Shown piece after piece: positions 63,790 to 64,000 of a stretch of 64,000 nucleotides of DNA. A program made the translations under genes and the position numbers. How positions within the stretch are numbered: position 1 is the first letter of the stretch; each line of letters begins with the position of its first letter. The stretch spans positions 52,109,590 to 52,173,589 of the forward strand of contig NC_068999.1 in the NCBI RefSeq assembly GCF_001194135.2, in the 5' to 3' direction. This stretch comes from Octopus bimaculoides (taxonomy: Eukaryota). The notes below the pieces were generated by a model that was not told where the DNA came from, did no database searches, and worked only from the letters and a program-made list of their open reading frames with translations.

Positions 63790-64000
63790 CAAGTGGTTGT
63801 GTGCAGCTTATACACTCCTCTCCATACACTTTCTGCAACTTTGCATAGGCCTCTCAGCAGGTATTGCCATGACGACTTTTTCTGTCATGGTCAATGTGCC
63901 GATCACACACTACTCACCTTCCTTCCAAGCACTGCTGTAAACAGTGGAAGTGAGCTAGAATGTTAAAATTTAGTGCACATACACAACAGAGTTGACGGTC
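63790..64000 (-). mobile_element. Mariner 5' fragment
   Basis: MTEKV...EAYAKLQKVYGEECIS, typical mariner HTH N-terminus. Confidence 0.65.

Noticed and set aside
63918-63954. 37-nt AG...GT exon-like segment
   Set aside because: It lies in the 5' UTR of the mariner fragment and has no MFE-2 similarity.

Overview
AT-rich, microsatellite- and transposon-dense animal genomic DNA with many N-gaps. The SINE/RTE repertoire and repeat style suggest an octopod cephalopod (inference, not verified). The only host gene I can support is peroxisomal multifunctional enzyme type 2 (HSD17B4/MFE-2, D-bifunctional protein) on the minus strand. I located 14 consecutive coding exons between 49840 and 322 (1242 nt), all with GT-AG boundaries and compatible phases. 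They encode the SDR 3-hydroxyacyl-CoA dehydrogenase domain and the first half of the hydratase-2 domain. Exon 1 and the 3' exons were not found and lie outside the window or in gaps. The introns hold decayed mariner/Tc1, piggyBac and hAT DNA transposons, RTE, R4/Dong and CR1-like LINEs, many tRNA-derived SINEs, and two Penelope-like (GIY-YIG) remnants each bounded by long inverted repeats. The most interesting signals are these fold-back Penelope-like elements (one RT-less with an Asn-rich linker and an unexplained antisense segment), hammerhead-like relics, and inverted repeats that could form dsRNA in the pre-mRNA. I found no convincing evidence of a wholly new biological system. Repeat boundaries are approximate unless a TSD or TIR is quoted.
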